Shown here: positions 1 through 9,462 of the stretch, one piece after another
How positions within the stretch are numbered: position 1 is the first letter of the stretch
Layout of the letters: the number at the start of each line of letters is the position of its first letter
Virus record (IMG/VR): IMGVR_UViG_3300020577_002562
Span: 1-64,000 of that record
Length of the DNA: 64,000 bases
Source: a virus
Taxonomy: Duplodnaviria; Caudoviricetes
Direction: 5' to 3' (one strand)
Notes under the pieces: model-generated
The model's database searches: none
What the model saw: the letters and a program-made list of their open reading frames with translations, nothing else
What the model was told of the DNA's origin: nothing
Made by a program: the position numbers and the translations under genes

Positions 1-81
1 GAGGCGACGCCTTGCGGCGTCGCGGTTGTGGTGTGCGAAGGCTGGTGCGCCGCAAGGCGCGCCTCACCTCCAACGTTGTGC
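1..81 (-). repeat. attC-like imperfect inverted repeat, truncated by the window edge
   Basis: 1-19 pairs with 48-65 (18 bp, one bulged base at 7). Minus strand reads GCACAAC-GTTGG-AGGTGAGG just after the stop of ORF 89-337. Confidence 0.5.
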
Positions 82-88
82 CCCAGCC

Positions 89-337
89 TCACGCCACCGC
101 CAGTGCGTGCCCGCGCGGCACCTTGAAGCCGGCCGCCTTGGCGTGCCCGCCGCCGCCGTACTGCTTCGCCACGTCGGACACGTCCACGCCGTCGTCGGTG
201 GCGCGCAGGCCGAACACGCCGCACTTCTGGCAGGCGGTCGGCTGGACGGTGCACTCGGCTTCCAGCTCGTACTCATGGCCGTCGAGGGTTCTGCGGATCA
301 GCGTCCAACCGGGCAGATCAAGGATGTCAGTGGTCAT
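89..337 (-). pseudogene. Chimeric ORF: ISL3-transposase-like Zn-finger N-terminus fused to a DHHA1 C-terminus
   Basis: DILDLPGW...QPTACQKCG followed abruptly by FGLRATDDGVDVSDVAKQYGGGGHAKAAGF. Confidence 0.55.
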
Positions 338-544
338 TCACTGATTGTCGGTGCGCGCCATCAGGCGTTCATAGCTCACCACGCGGCGCAGGCCCAGCCG
401 GCGCAACTTGTCGCGGCCTGGGTTCACGTTCGCGTAGGCGCGCATGCGCGACAGGTAGCCCACGTCGATCTCCGTCACGCGGGCCACGGCGCGAAGGCTT
501 CCGTGCTGCGCCACGAGTTCGTCAATGCGGTCTTGCAGCGTCAT
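338..544 (-). CDS. Small XRE-like HTH protein
   Basis: SLRAVARVTEIDVGYLSRM helix-turn-helix pattern; ATG at 544. Confidence 0.6.
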   Translation of the reverse strand: MTLQDRIDELVAQHGSLRAVARVTEIDVGYLSRMRAYANVNPGRDKLRRLGLRRVVSYERLMARTDNQ

Positions 545-1052
545 CAGTCCCACCCGTCTCAGGCAGCGGACCACGGTGGTAGACAACTTGATCCTGCCGA
601 ATCTCCTCCAGGTGCTTGAGCCAATCCGTGTCGCTCCAGCCAACGGGCGTCGGTGGCCTGTCGCCGGTCACTTGGGCCGCGAAGCCTGGGTCTTCCGCAA
701 GGCGCCTCTTCAGCGCGGCAATGTCAGGTTTCAACGCGGGGTCCGCGTTCAGCAGGCCGGCGCCGGCCAGGATCTCGCGCACACGCGGCAGGATCGACTC
801 GTGCTGGCCGGCGTGCAGCTTCATCAGCAGCTCCAGCAGCTCGGTGTTGCCGTTCTTGTACGAGTCACGCTCGATCTCGGCTTCATTGGTTGCCAGCAGC
901 ATGGCATCCACCACCCACCGATGGGGATGCCACGTCTCGGCGAGAAGCTCCGTGGCAGGCATGTATTCGTGGCGCTCGCCACAGTGAACAGCGGCCTCGC
1001 GGGCCAGTTCAACGCAACGGTCTTGGTGCATGTGCATCCTCTCTTTCAACAC
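522..1052 (-). CDS. Hypothetical protein
   Basis: 176-aa ORF in a co-oriented run with high GC3. Confidence 0.6.
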   Translation of the reverse strand: MLKERMHMHQDRCVELAREAAVHCGERHEYMPATELLAETWHPHRWVVDAMLLATNEAEIERDSYKNGNTELLELLMKLHAGQHESILPRVREILAGAGLLNADPALKPDIAALKRRLAEDPGFAAQVTGDRPPTPVGWSDTDWLKHLEEIRQDQVVYHRGPLPETGGTDDAARPH

Positions 1053-1188
1053 GGAAATCCGTTTTCAGACTGTACAACCAAATGCACTATTCAACATGGA
1101 AATCCGGAGAGCCCTTTTACCTTAGTCATGTCCCCACCAAGACGGGTGATACGCGCAAAAATGGGCTCAGAGCTGCGACTGTAGAAAG

Positions 1189-1213
1189 CCTGAAGCATTG
1201 CTAGTGCTTCAGG
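1189..1213 (-). terminator. Probable intrinsic terminator
   Basis: CCTGAAGCA...TGCTTCAGG stem followed by CTTTCT on the minus strand. Confidence 0.55.
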
Positions 1214-1282
1214 ATCTCCAGTGTACTCGGGGCCCAGAATGGTGATGTTTGGCATAGCCTGTTCCAGTGAGTTACTATGTAC

Positions 1283-1573
1283 TCACTTTACAGCTATACG
1301 TTTCTCCGCACGACGTTGTTTGCGCGCCTGCTTGCGCTTCTCTACTTCAGCGTTCCATTGCGCGATCTCGTCGCGTTTTCGTTTGCGTTCCTCCGCCAAT
1401 GCGCGCATGCGCTGTAGGTTCTGTTGATGTCGCTTGTTTTCTGCCGGGTCGGCGATCTTGCTAAGTTCGTCCAAAGGCGACGGAACCTCTGGGAGAGTTT
1501 CCGCGGCCACCATAGACATTGCACTAAGCAACAGCACTGCTTCTTGCACGTTCCTCATGTGTTTTCTCCACAA
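1283..1573 (-). CDS. Hypothetical basic coiled-coil protein
   Basis: ORF in the leftward operon. Confidence 0.6.
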   Translation of the reverse strand: MWRKHMRNVQEAVLLLSAMSMVAAETLPEVPSPLDELSKIADPAENKRHQQNLQRMRALAEERKRKRDEIAQWNAEVEKRKQARKQRRAEKRIAVK

Positions 1574-1773
1574 GCGGATGGATCCACAGTTTCCTCCAGC
1601 ATGTGCAAGTCGTGACCAAGCACCTCACACCAGATTGGACTAGAGTCCCCGATCTTCTTGAACTGGTACCAACTACCAAGTTTGCCCAGATAAATCAACC
1701 GCTCTGGTTGGTTCTTCCAGTTGTAACGCTTACCTGGTATCATACCAGCGGGCGTCAGTTCTATCGCTGCCAT
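1555..1773 (-). CDS. Conserved-looking phage hypothetical protein
   Basis: GKRYNWKNQPERLIYLG...WCEV; SD-like AAGGA upstream. Confidence 0.7.
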   Translation of the reverse strand: MAAIELTPAGMIPGKRYNWKNQPERLIYLGKLGSWYQFKKIGDSSPIWCEVLGHDLHMLEETVDPSACGENT

Positions 1774-1783
1774 TTCGATCCTT

Positions 1784-2623
1784 TCAGTGCGCTTCTACTC
1801 GGTTCAGTATACGATCAACATATCCAGGTACTGGTTCGATCAGTTCGATCCGATCCCGGTACTTCAATAGCGGATACAGACTGTGAGTGGCGACAATGAG
1901 TTGGGACTGCTTATAGTCGCCACACATGAGATAGTCCCACATATCAATGTTCGCCAATGCGTCGAGCGACTGCTCGGGCTCGTCCATCAACACTACAGGG
2001 TTATCGGTAGTCTGCACGTACAACTCGTTCAGTACCCGCTCTTGTTTCGAGTACACAGACTCGAACCTGTCTGCTCTCTTCTCTTTTGGGGTGGATGACA
2101 ATGTGGTGCGCAAGAGCTTGGCTTGTCGTTGCCCTGTCACCGTGTCGATGGCACGTTTCAGACAGGCTAGATTCGCTTGACCAGACGACTTGTGTTCAGT
2201 GAGTTCCGCGTACTCGCGCGCCTCCTTGTCATATCCCATCATCATGGCATGAGTGATACCGACTTCGTCCCCAGGGATCAGACCCGGTCTGTAGTAAACT
2301 GCCGGACCTATGTCTCCATAGACATGCAGACCACAAAGCCACAACGGAGTACCCCACCAGTTCGGTGCGTCACTCCACCAAGCTCTAGCATCAATGCTGG
2401 ACATATATCTGTGGTCTAGCGTAGACACGCCGGTAAACCAGGACAGCGTCCGCAAAGCCAACGCCTTCAGCAGTGCTGACTTGCCACTGCCGTTAGGACC
2501 AACGATCACGTTTGGCTTGATAGTCGAGAAGTGCAACCCGTTCTTGAACCGTTGCATCAACTTGGTTGTAGGTAGATACGGAACCGCCTTGAATGTCGGC
2601 TCCACCTTAACATTGAAGATCAT
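1784..2623 (-). CDS. Stand-alone ABC-type (AAA_21-like) ATPase
   Basis: Walker A GPNGSGKS, signature SSGQ, Walker B VLMDEPE, H-loop VATHS. Confidence 0.85.
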   Translation of the reverse strand: MIFNVKVEPTFKAVPYLPTTKLMQRFKNGLHFSTIKPNVIVGPNGSGKSALLKALALRTLSWFTGVSTLDHRYMSSIDARAWWSDAPNWWGTPLWLCGLHVYGDIGPAVYYRPGLIPGDEVGITHAMMMGYDKEAREYAELTEHKSSGQANLACLKRAIDTVTGQRQAKLLRTTLSSTPKEKRADRFESVYSKQERVLNELYVQTTDNPVVLMDEPEQSLDALANIDMWDYLMCGDYKQSQLIVATHSLYPLLKYRDRIELIEPVPGYVDRILNRVEAH

Positions 2624-2625
2624 GT

Positions 2626-3042
2626 TCACACCTCGTCTTTCAGACGATCTTCCATCTGCTGTTTGGTTTCTGGCGTCAAGTGCAGGTACTCGCATAGCTG
2701 GCGGTACCCCTCTCGCGCATCATTAGCTATTGATTGACTATGGTGACGATAGCCAATGACCTCCAGAGCATGCATCAGATGCCCAAGAAAGTGAACAGGC
2801 AGCATATCGAAAACCAGGGGAGATTCTTCAGCCAACTTCAGAATCGGAGTGACGCGCTCTGCTCGCATGAAGGTCTTATGCGGCGCCGCGTTGTTCAGCA
2901 CCACTGACCGAATCCATCGCGTCCACGCCTTCAGTTGTGGACTACCGCCTGCATCAGGCCCACGGATAGCACAGAGCAAAACAGTCTGCTCCTTCCATGT
3001 GCAGTGTATAGTCACCCATTCTTTCAGTACGGACTTGTTCAT
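2626..3042 (-). CDS. Hypothetical protein
   Basis: Start chosen at MNKSV; abuts its neighbours. Confidence 0.7.
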   Translation of the reverse strand: MNKSVLKEWVTIHCTWKEQTVLLCAIRGPDAGGSPQLKAWTRWIRSVVLNNAAPHKTFMRAERVTPILKLAEESPLVFDMLPVHFLGHLMHALEVIGYRHHSQSIANDAREGYRQLCEYLHLTPETKQQMEDRLKDEV

Positions 3043-3047
3043 ATCTA

Positions 3048-3380
3048 TCACACAGTGAGAAGATTGAGGGCAGATTGAAGCTGACGCCGGAATTGCCGGG
3101 ACATCAAACGCTTGCATTCGGTGAGCGACTTGGCAGTCACCACACGGGTGAACTGCGAGTAATGCTTGGCATCCACGCGCAGTTCATACCAACCAACGTG
3201 AGAGTCCTTGACTTTCCTGTCCACAAAAGTCCATATGATGCCCACATAGCTTCCATCGTAGAAAACTTCACACAACACGCGGCCAGGTTTATCTTGCTTG
3301 AACGCAAAAGGAATGCGCTTGATCTTACCAGGCGGACGAAATTCAAGCTTGAGGATTTCGATGTCTGAGGTGTCCATCAT
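3048..3380 (-). CDS. Hypothetical protein
   Basis: Start MMDTS overlaps the upstream stop codon. Confidence 0.6.
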   Translation of the reverse strand: MMDTSDIEILKLEFRPPGKIKRIPFAFKQDKPGRVLCEVFYDGSYVGIIWTFVDRKVKDSHVGWYELRVDAKHYSQFTRVVTAKSLTECKRLMSRQFRRQLQSALNLLTV

Positions 3381-5893
3381 TGAACTCCAGTAAACCACTT
3401 GAGGTTGCGGAAGCTGCCCTGAGCGTAGCGCGTACCGGCAAACGAACCGATGTACTGAGTACCCATCGGAATTGAGCCAGTGACCGGTACTGACGTACCT
3501 GCCACACCGTTTGCGTAGACGGTGAGCCACCCATTAGCCAGCACCACCTCGACCAGCACCGTACCTGATGGCATTGGCACCTGCGCAGGTGCCCCGGTGT
3601 TGTCGTTGAGCGTTGCGTTCAGCATACCGTTCGCCACGTAGACATCAAAGAAGGATGAGCTATTGGCATACACGGAAAACAAGGTGTGCTTGTTGGTGTT
3701 CTTGTTCGATGCGGTATACTCGAACGCCACGCGACCGTTCGAGATGGCTGTTGGCATAGGCAACGACGCCAATACCGGCGCACGGTATGTCGAACTAGCC
3801 TGCGTCACAATTGGTGACGACATGGACGCCTGCTCATTGGTGGGTGCTTGCACCACTTGCGGCAGCACGGCATAAACAACAGTGTTGGCGGGTACCAGTA
3901 CACGCAGTACGCTCGTACCGTTGACGTTCGGTCCACGCCACTCAACTCGTTGGTAGGAAGAATTGGTGAACTGTACAGCGCCAGAATGGGACATCAACAA
4001 CAGACTCGGAGTACCGGTGCCTGAGACACGCTTGACCCAAGCACTAGCCGTCGTGTAGCGTCCGACGACACCTCCAGGCGTACCAGCAAAATCGAATGCA
4101 GTGTTGCCCTGCGGACCACCACTCAACTTGTAGACCAGACCGTTGTAGCACTGGAAACCAATACCTGCAGCCACTACACCATTCCAATCCCAGACCACGG
4201 TGGCCGTACCGGCACTACTGGCGGGAACCCCAGTAGTGAACATCTTGCTTGTAACAGTCAGATCAGAGTCCGACCAGTAGTAGACCGGAAGGTTGTTGTT
4301 GGTTCCGCTGATCGAACTGTGAATCCCGTCATTCGGCAAAGGCTCTGCCAGAGTCACGCGCACCGACTGATGTTGGTAGCTGTCGGGGTTGGTCGATTGC
4401 GCCAACGTAGGCAGCGTTACGCCAGTGACCCGCGAATAGTGCGGGATCATGTTGTTCCTCTGGATGATGAACCGATCATCCAGTTTTGGGATCCGATGGA
4501 TCTGTACCCACTGACCAGCGGGCTTCAACTGGAGTTGACCACTACTGGTGAACGTCATCTCCTTCTGCGTAACACTGGCGATCACGAATGGCCCTTGTAC
4601 ACCACCGTTCGCTGCGCCTGAGGGTAGTTCCGTCAAGTATAGCCACACGCCCATACCAGCACGCCAGCCATTCGCAATGAAGTCCGTACTCTTGGAGGCC
4701 ACCAACTTGTCAAACCCGTTGGCGTTGGTGAGAGTAATGTCATTAGCGCGATACGTAAAGCGACCGCTTCTCGGGTCCAAATAGACGAAATTGGAGCCCG
4801 CCGTTCCTGGGGCTGTGAATGCGTAGTTGACAGAGGCACCATCAACGACTGCTACTCCGATTTGCTGAAGACTGTTCCAGATTGACAGATTTGTGGCAGA
4901 GTCCTCAACCGCCAACCCTAAGGATTGGATCGGAGTTCCGATGACTTCGGTAAGATCGCCACCTGCCGATACGGCTTGGTTGTTCGCATTCATCGAACCG
5001 TATACGGGATTGAAGATGGAACAGCAAGTTCGCGCGGTAGTGCCTGTTGTCTCAAACCACTGGACACCTGGCGTACCCGTACTCGGAACATACTCCGACG
5101 ACCATTGCTTGGTCTTGAAGCCAGTAACGTCCTCGAACTGCATCTTCGCCAAATCGAAAGTTGCTTCGACAGACAACACAGTCTTGGGGGCCTGAATAGA
5201 CCATCCAGTGTGCTGTTCGTACAATGGGATGGTCTGAGATGTGGTTTGCCACGCACCGTTCGTGAGGCTCAGCGAAGTTCGCGGGCTGTTCGATTCGGAA
5301 CCGATGGCGGTTCCAGAAGTACGTCCTTGATGCGTCCACGACAAGCCTAGTTGACCGCTCACTTGCTTCAGTGCCAGGCGCGACGCGAACAAGCCAGGCG
5401 CTCGTGGTCCAGGCTCGGCCCCAAATAGCTGCATGATAAAGGGAGACCCTGTTTGGCCGATTGCATGTGCGACACGTAGTGCAGACTGTGCGTTTCCGTT
5501 CAAATCGGTGGTGACGAATGACCACGATGAGGAACCATCAGCCAGTAGCGTCCACTTGGTTGGATCTTCGGACCACAGGAAGATGTTCTTGACGCGCCGT
5601 GCTCCGGTGAAGCCGGGTTCGTTCGCGTCGAGTGGCAACCATACTCCATCATAGTCAAGCACGGAGCCAGCCGAAGGTCTGGAGTACGCGAGGGCCTCAG
5701 TCCTTGTGTGCAGATCCACCGATTGCAGAAGCGTGCCTGTGATCTGCGCTTGCGCTCGTTCTCGGGTCTCCATTTGCGGTTGCTGGACACTCTCTGTTGC
5801 GCTCGGGCCGCTGCCACCACAAGCAGCCAGCACGGTAAGTGCAGCCAATGAAAGATAGGTATACAGTCGATGCGTCTTCACGTCATTCTCCAA
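3377..5893 (-). CDS. Large beta-rich lipoprotein with head-spike/fibre-like motifs and a C-terminal LamG/ConA-like domain
   Basis: Signal peptide with lipobox LAAC-GG (likely GTG start at 5881 with GGAGA SD); C-terminal LTVYANG...YIGS...GSFRNLKWF. Confidence 0.7.
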   Translation of the reverse strand: MENDVKTHRLYTYLSLAALTVLAACGGSGPSATESVQQPQMETRERAQAQITGTLLQSVDLHTRTEALAYSRPSAGSVLDYDGVWLPLDANEPGFTGARRVKNIFLWSEDPTKWTLLADGSSSWSFVTTDLNGNAQSALRVAHAIGQTGSPFIMQLFGAEPGPRAPGLFASRLALKQVSGQLGLSWTHQGRTSGTAIGSESNSPRTSLSLTNGAWQTTSQTIPLYEQHTGWSIQAPKTVLSVEATFDLAKMQFEDVTGFKTKQWSSEYVPSTGTPGVQWFETTGTTARTCCSIFNPVYGSMNANNQAVSAGGDLTEVIGTPIQSLGLAVEDSATNLSIWNSLQQIGVAVVDGASVNYAFTAPGTAGSNFVYLDPRSGRFTYRANDITLTNANGFDKLVASKSTDFIANGWRAGMGVWLYLTELPSGAANGGVQGPFVIASVTQKEMTFTSSGQLQLKPAGQWVQIHRIPKLDDRFIIQRNNMIPHYSRVTGVTLPTLAQSTNPDSYQHQSVRVTLAEPLPNDGIHSSISGTNNNLPVYYWSDSDLTVTSKMFTTGVPASSAGTATVVWDWNGVVAAGIGFQCYNGLVYKLSGGPQGNTAFDFAGTPGGVVGRYTTASAWVKRVSGTGTPSLLLMSHSGAVQFTNSSYQRVEWRGPNVNGTSVLRVLVPANTVVYAVLPQVVQAPTNEQASMSSPIVTQASSTYRAPVLASLPMPTAISNGRVAFEYTASNKNTNKHTLFSVYANSSSFFDVYVANGMLNATLNDNTGAPAQVPMPSGTVLVEVVLANGWLTVYANGVAGTSVPVTGSIPMGTQYIGSFAGTRYAQGSFRNLKWFTGVQ

Positions 5894-6362
5894 TGATGTC
5901 GAGGTGTTGCTGGTTGATATGCTCTTGATGAGCTTCTTCCTGTTTACGTCGCCAGGTCAAAGCCTTGCTCAAGGCTTGATTGAATCGTGCCTTTGTCAGC
6001 AGATAATCGCGGCTGACGTAGACACGATAGAAGTATCGACGGTCTTCCAGTTTCTTGGGCGCCCACACGCAGATAGACAGTTCGCCGCGACCATTGCGAA
6101 CCCTATGTTCGACACGATAGCAGTTTTGCTTGATGTGTGCTGATGGTGCTGGTAGGTGTCGATTTCGATAGGTCTGAGCAGCAATTAGAGCCTCGTTCGC
6201 TCCGCCGTGTACCGAATCGGAAAAGAAACGTGAGTGGCTATCTCCATTACGTCGCCATCGAACTTGCCATCCATAGGTGTCATTGTCTGGTTGCCAGATC
6301 CGAACGATGTTGCGAGTGTCGCTCTTGGTTTGCTTCTCGACTTGAGATTGTTCATTTGGCAA
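5883..6362 (-). CDS. AP2-domain DNA-binding protein
   Basis: GWQVRWRRNG..SRFFSDSVHGG..EALIAAQTYRN. Confidence 0.75.
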   Translation of the reverse strand: MPNEQSQVEKQTKSDTRNIVRIWQPDNDTYGWQVRWRRNGDSHSRFFSDSVHGGANEALIAAQTYRNRHLPAPSAHIKQNCYRVEHRVRNGRGELSICVWAPKKLEDRRYFYRVYVSRDYLLTKARFNQALSKALTWRRKQEEAHQEHINQQHLDIIGE

Positions 6363-6564
6363 GAGTTACTCCTTTGGACTTCAAGTATTTGGTGTATGCG
6401 GCATCAAACTTGTTTTCTGCTGCTAGGATCTTTTCGTCCCAGTCAAATCTCGCAACATTGCAAAAGTATGCTTCTCCTACTTGCTTCCGATGTTTCTTAC
6501 GCGCTCGACGTAAGTTCAAGACCTCTTCGAGCGCATCGAACAGGTATTCAGTTTCAATGGACAT
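6352..6564 (-). CDS. Hypothetical protein
   Basis: Overlapping run; GAGGA SD. Confidence 0.65.
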   Translation of the reverse strand: MSIETEYLFDALEEVLNLRRARKKHRKQVGEAYFCNVARFDWDEKILAAENKFDAAYTKYLKSKGVTLAK

Positions 6565-6931
6565 TTCTGTTCCTCCTCTCCACTTCAGCTAGACGATCCT
6601 CGATGGTTCGCCTGTAGTACCATGACTGCTCCGCCGCATTCCAGCGGCGCTCCACTGTTTTCAACCAGGCGATGTGTGGTCCGAATGCTACGGGGCGCTC
6701 CCATCCCAAGATCTTGTCATTGTCTGGGTGGCGCTTACTTGCTCCACCCCACACGGACATGACATCCAGCAGTTCGGTCATCGGAAGACTTGGGTTCTCG
6801 ACGAACACGTAGATGCCAGTATCAGCCTTGGTGTCAGCATTCCAAACATCGTAGATCGAGAAGCTGAAATGCGTGGGACGTGTGAACCCGTTGATCGTCA
6901 CGGGCATCGATTGGACTTCGCTATGGCTCAT
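6554..6931 (-). CDS. Hypothetical protein
   Basis: Overlapping run. Confidence 0.65.
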   Translation of the reverse strand: MSHSEVQSMPVTINGFTRPTHFSFSIYDVWNADTKADTGIYVFVENPSLPMTELLDVMSVWGGASKRHPDNDKILGWERPVAFGPHIAWLKTVERRWNAAEQSWYYRRTIEDRLAEVERRNRNVH

Positions 6932-6935
6932 GGTT

Positions 6936-7139
6936 CTATTCCTGGTTGAGATTGTTGATCAGACGGCGTGCATCGTCGGTGCGTGGTTCCAGCACCGGAG
7001 CAGGCTCCGCGAATCGAATCGCAGCAGCACGGATCACCTGCTTGACTGACATATCAAGCGGATGGTTGATGGTGCCCAGCAGCTTAAATGGTGGGCGACT
7101 TGAATAAACGTTGTAAGCGTCATACAGAAAGGTGTTCAT
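6936..7139 (-). CDS. Hypothetical protein
   Basis: ATGA start/stop overlap. Confidence 0.6.
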   Translation of the reverse strand: MNTFLYDAYNVYSSRPPFKLLGTINHPLDMSVKQVIRAAAIRFAEPAPVLEPRTDDARRLINNLNQE

Positions 7140-7435
7140 ACTTCTGCCTCTTCAGACTCATCATCCATCGGAAGAATGTCCCAGCCACGCGTCCAAGAGC
7201 CTTGGACTTTGACCAACATGACATTCTGCACTTTCTCGGAAGCAGCCTTTGCGAAGGCTTCCGCCAACGCTTTGGCTTCCACGTATGCCAGTGGCTTTTC
7301 TCCATAAAGAATCGACGGGACAAATGCCTGTCTGCTAATCCAGATGCCACTACGTACTACATAATCGTAGGACACGACATAGCCAATTTGGGGCTCAAGC
7401 CCAGCGATGATTCGCTTTGCGTCTTCAAGAAACAT
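7136..7435 (-). CDS. Hypothetical protein
   Basis: Tightly packed run. Confidence 0.65.
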   Translation of the reverse strand: MFLEDAKRIIAGLEPQIGYVVSYDYVVRSGIWISRQAFVPSILYGEKPLAYVEAKALAEAFAKAASEKVQNVMLVKVQGSWTRGWDILPMDDESEEAEV

Positions 7436-7438
7436 GAT

Positions 7439-7720
7439 TCACCATGACGGTTCTGGTTGAGCGTCGAGCCACTCATCATAAGCCCGGCAGCGATTGAAGA
7501 AGTTACGTACCTTCGCTTGGCGAATTGGAATTGAGGCTCTTGAGCTTCTGTTCAGCAGTCCTTCTAGCAGAAGCTCCGCCATCCATCTCTCCGTACAAGG
7601 CAAACGCCAATTGACTTTGTGAGGCCCTTCTTTGAACGCAATGATGTAGTAGCGGTTGTTGTAGGGCACTTGATCATACGAGATGGAGTAGGCTCCGCAC
7701 TTAATGCTCGGTCGGCGCAT
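7439..7720 (-). CDS. Hypothetical protein
   Basis: Tightly packed run; AGGGGG SD. Confidence 0.6.
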   Translation of the reverse strand: MRRPSIKCGAYSISYDQVPYNNRYYIIAFKEGPHKVNWRLPCTERWMAELLLEGLLNRSSRASIPIRQAKVRNFFNRCRAYDEWLDAQPEPSW

Positions 7721-7731
7721 GTGTTCCCCCT

Positions 7732-8100
7732 TTACAGGACTTGTCCTAACGCTTTATTGCACTTGTAGCTACACGCAGGTTTGTGCCCCGAAATGGCTTG
7801 CGAGATCAAGGCTAGATCTGACCCCGGGATGGCGGTTCCGCACTTCGCACACTTCTGATCAGGTGGTGACTTATAGCGCTCCACCTCTTCTTCGGGCGGA
7901 AGAAGAGAGAAGCATTCGATGCCATAGATCCACGGTTCACCGGGGGCATCTTCGGTGTCGAGAATCGGAGTGGTATAGTAGCCGTCATAGCTATCCGAAC
8001 CATCATCCAAATCTCCCTCCACCAAACCGGCAGGCTCGATTTCAACGATGCGCCCTACGTGGCAGAGAAGTGCTGGTGCTTTTACGATTGCTCGTTGCAT
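7732..8100 (-). CDS. Hypothetical protein with a C-terminal Zn finger
   Basis: CAKC...CSYKC. Confidence 0.65.
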   Translation of the reverse strand: MQRAIVKAPALLCHVGRIVEIEPAGLVEGDLDDGSDSYDGYYTTPILDTEDAPGEPWIYGIECFSLLPPEEEVERYKSPPDQKCAKCGTAIPGSDLALISQAISGHKPACSYKCNKALGQVL

Positions 8101-8108
8101 GATGTTTC

Positions 8109-8876
8109 CTAGTTTGCTGAAGATTCGTTCACGCGGGCTTGTCCGGGCTCACGGCTCTGTTGGCGCTGACGAAATCGGCACACGAAGCATTCACCATCTG
8201 CCACATAGTAGGGACCGTACCTGCTGTGGTTGAACGGCTTCCCGTCGGCGTCGGTGTCGTCCACATCGCACAGCCGGATTTGCGTGACCGGGAACAACTT
8301 GTTCACATGGTCGATCATCGGCTGAACCATCACCGGCGGGAAGTGACCACGAAACTCGGTGATGTCCCAATTGCAGTAGTGGCCGTGAAATTCCGACTCG
8401 GGCATGAGCCATTGGTCGATTTCCGAACGACCGCCGGCACCGATCTTCCGCGTGTAGTGGACGCCAGGATAGAACTCGCGATTCCAGTTGGCATACGGAT
8501 TCATCGAGCAATCGTCGAAGTGTTCCCATTGGCACGAGTAGTACCAACCATCGGAACCTTTCGCGTAGTAGCCCCAATGATTGCCCTCCGGCCGATAGTC
8601 ACCGCCAACGGCGCGGGCACCGATGATGGTCAATTCCACGAAGTGCAGACGGGCCAGCAGATCGGGGACCAGAGTGGTTGAGAGCCGCGCAGAAAGCTGG
8701 AAGCAGGACGAATCGCCGTCTCCCTCAGCAATGATGATCAAACGTTCGCCAATGTCGAAAACGTGATGTTCGTTGTCCATGTTTCGCCCGTTGGCGTTGA
8801 CGCCGAGGTACGGGGTGATGACGGCAGCGATGGAATCCGCGTGTTGCTCGTTGAAGGTCATGGTGGGCGTGGTCAT
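8109..8876 (-). CDS. Hypothetical aromatic-rich protein
   Basis: 255 aa; GGAGA SD. Confidence 0.75.
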   Translation of the reverse strand: MTTPTMTFNEQHADSIAAVITPYLGVNANGRNMDNEHHVFDIGERLIIIAEGDGDSSCFQLSARLSTTLVPDLLARLHFVELTIIGARAVGGDYRPEGNHWGYYAKGSDGWYYSCQWEHFDDCSMNPYANWNREFYPGVHYTRKIGAGGRSEIDQWLMPESEFHGHYCNWDITEFRGHFPPVMVQPMIDHVNKLFPVTQIRLCDVDDTDADGKPFNHSRYGPYYVADGECFVCRFRQRQQSREPGQARVNESSAN

Positions 8877-8889
8877 GGTGATTCTCCAA

Positions 8890-9207
8890 TCACGGGTAGA
8901 TGGGTTGGAATGTCGTGCTCTTGCGATACATCTTCTGGCACGAATCGTACTGCATGTTCTGGGGCACCAGCTTCATGTACTCCTTGATGTCGGCGCTGGC
9001 CTGCGGCATCGAAATGCCGAAGTAGTCCATCAGCGCAACACGGCGCAGGCAGCCGTAGTGCTTGAGCAGAAAGTCGATCATGCGCAGACGCTGTTCGACC
9101 GCGTAGCTGTGGGTCGGCACCGGAAGCGTCGCTTTCACAGGTAGCTCCGCAATGGATTGGAGCGCCGCCAACAATTCAGGAGAACCAGGCTTGCGAGACT
9201 TGTTCAT
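8890..9207 (-). CDS. Stand-alone winged HTH resembling the N-terminal domain of CapW/WYL repressors
   Basis: EQRLRMIDFLL..YG.L.R..LMDYFGISMPQASADIKEY....P.NM.YD...K.Y. Confidence 0.7.
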   Translation of the reverse strand: MNKSRKPGSPELLAALQSIAELPVKATLPVPTHSYAVEQRLRMIDFLLKHYGCLRRVALMDYFGISMPQASADIKEYMKLVPQNMQYDSCQKMYRKSTTFQPIYP

Positions 9208-9241
9208 GTGCTACCTCTCGGCGCCAGTGATGTTGCTGGCG

Positions 9242-9457
9242 CTAGTGTCCAAAATTACATCCGATCAGTGTCCAGTCACCTTGGACCAGCACCAGTCGGT
9301 CGAATGATCCGCAGCAGCCGTTCAGGCGCGCTTCACCGTATTGACGCATTGCTTCGGGATCGCTCAGACTTGCAGAGCGCCTGTTGTCGATGAACGGATC
9401 ATCGACTTCTTGCTCCATCCAAGCGAAGGCGTCAGTGACGTTGGCAAACGACTTCAT
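9242..9457 (-). CDS. Hypothetical protein
   Basis: GCCGSFD...IGCNFGH; start MKSFA. Confidence 0.65.
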   Translation of the reverse strand: MKSFANVTDAFAWMEQEVDDPFIDNRRSASLSDPEAMRQYGEARLNGCCGSFDRLVLVQGDWTLIGCNFGH

Positions 9458-9462
9458 AGTGT

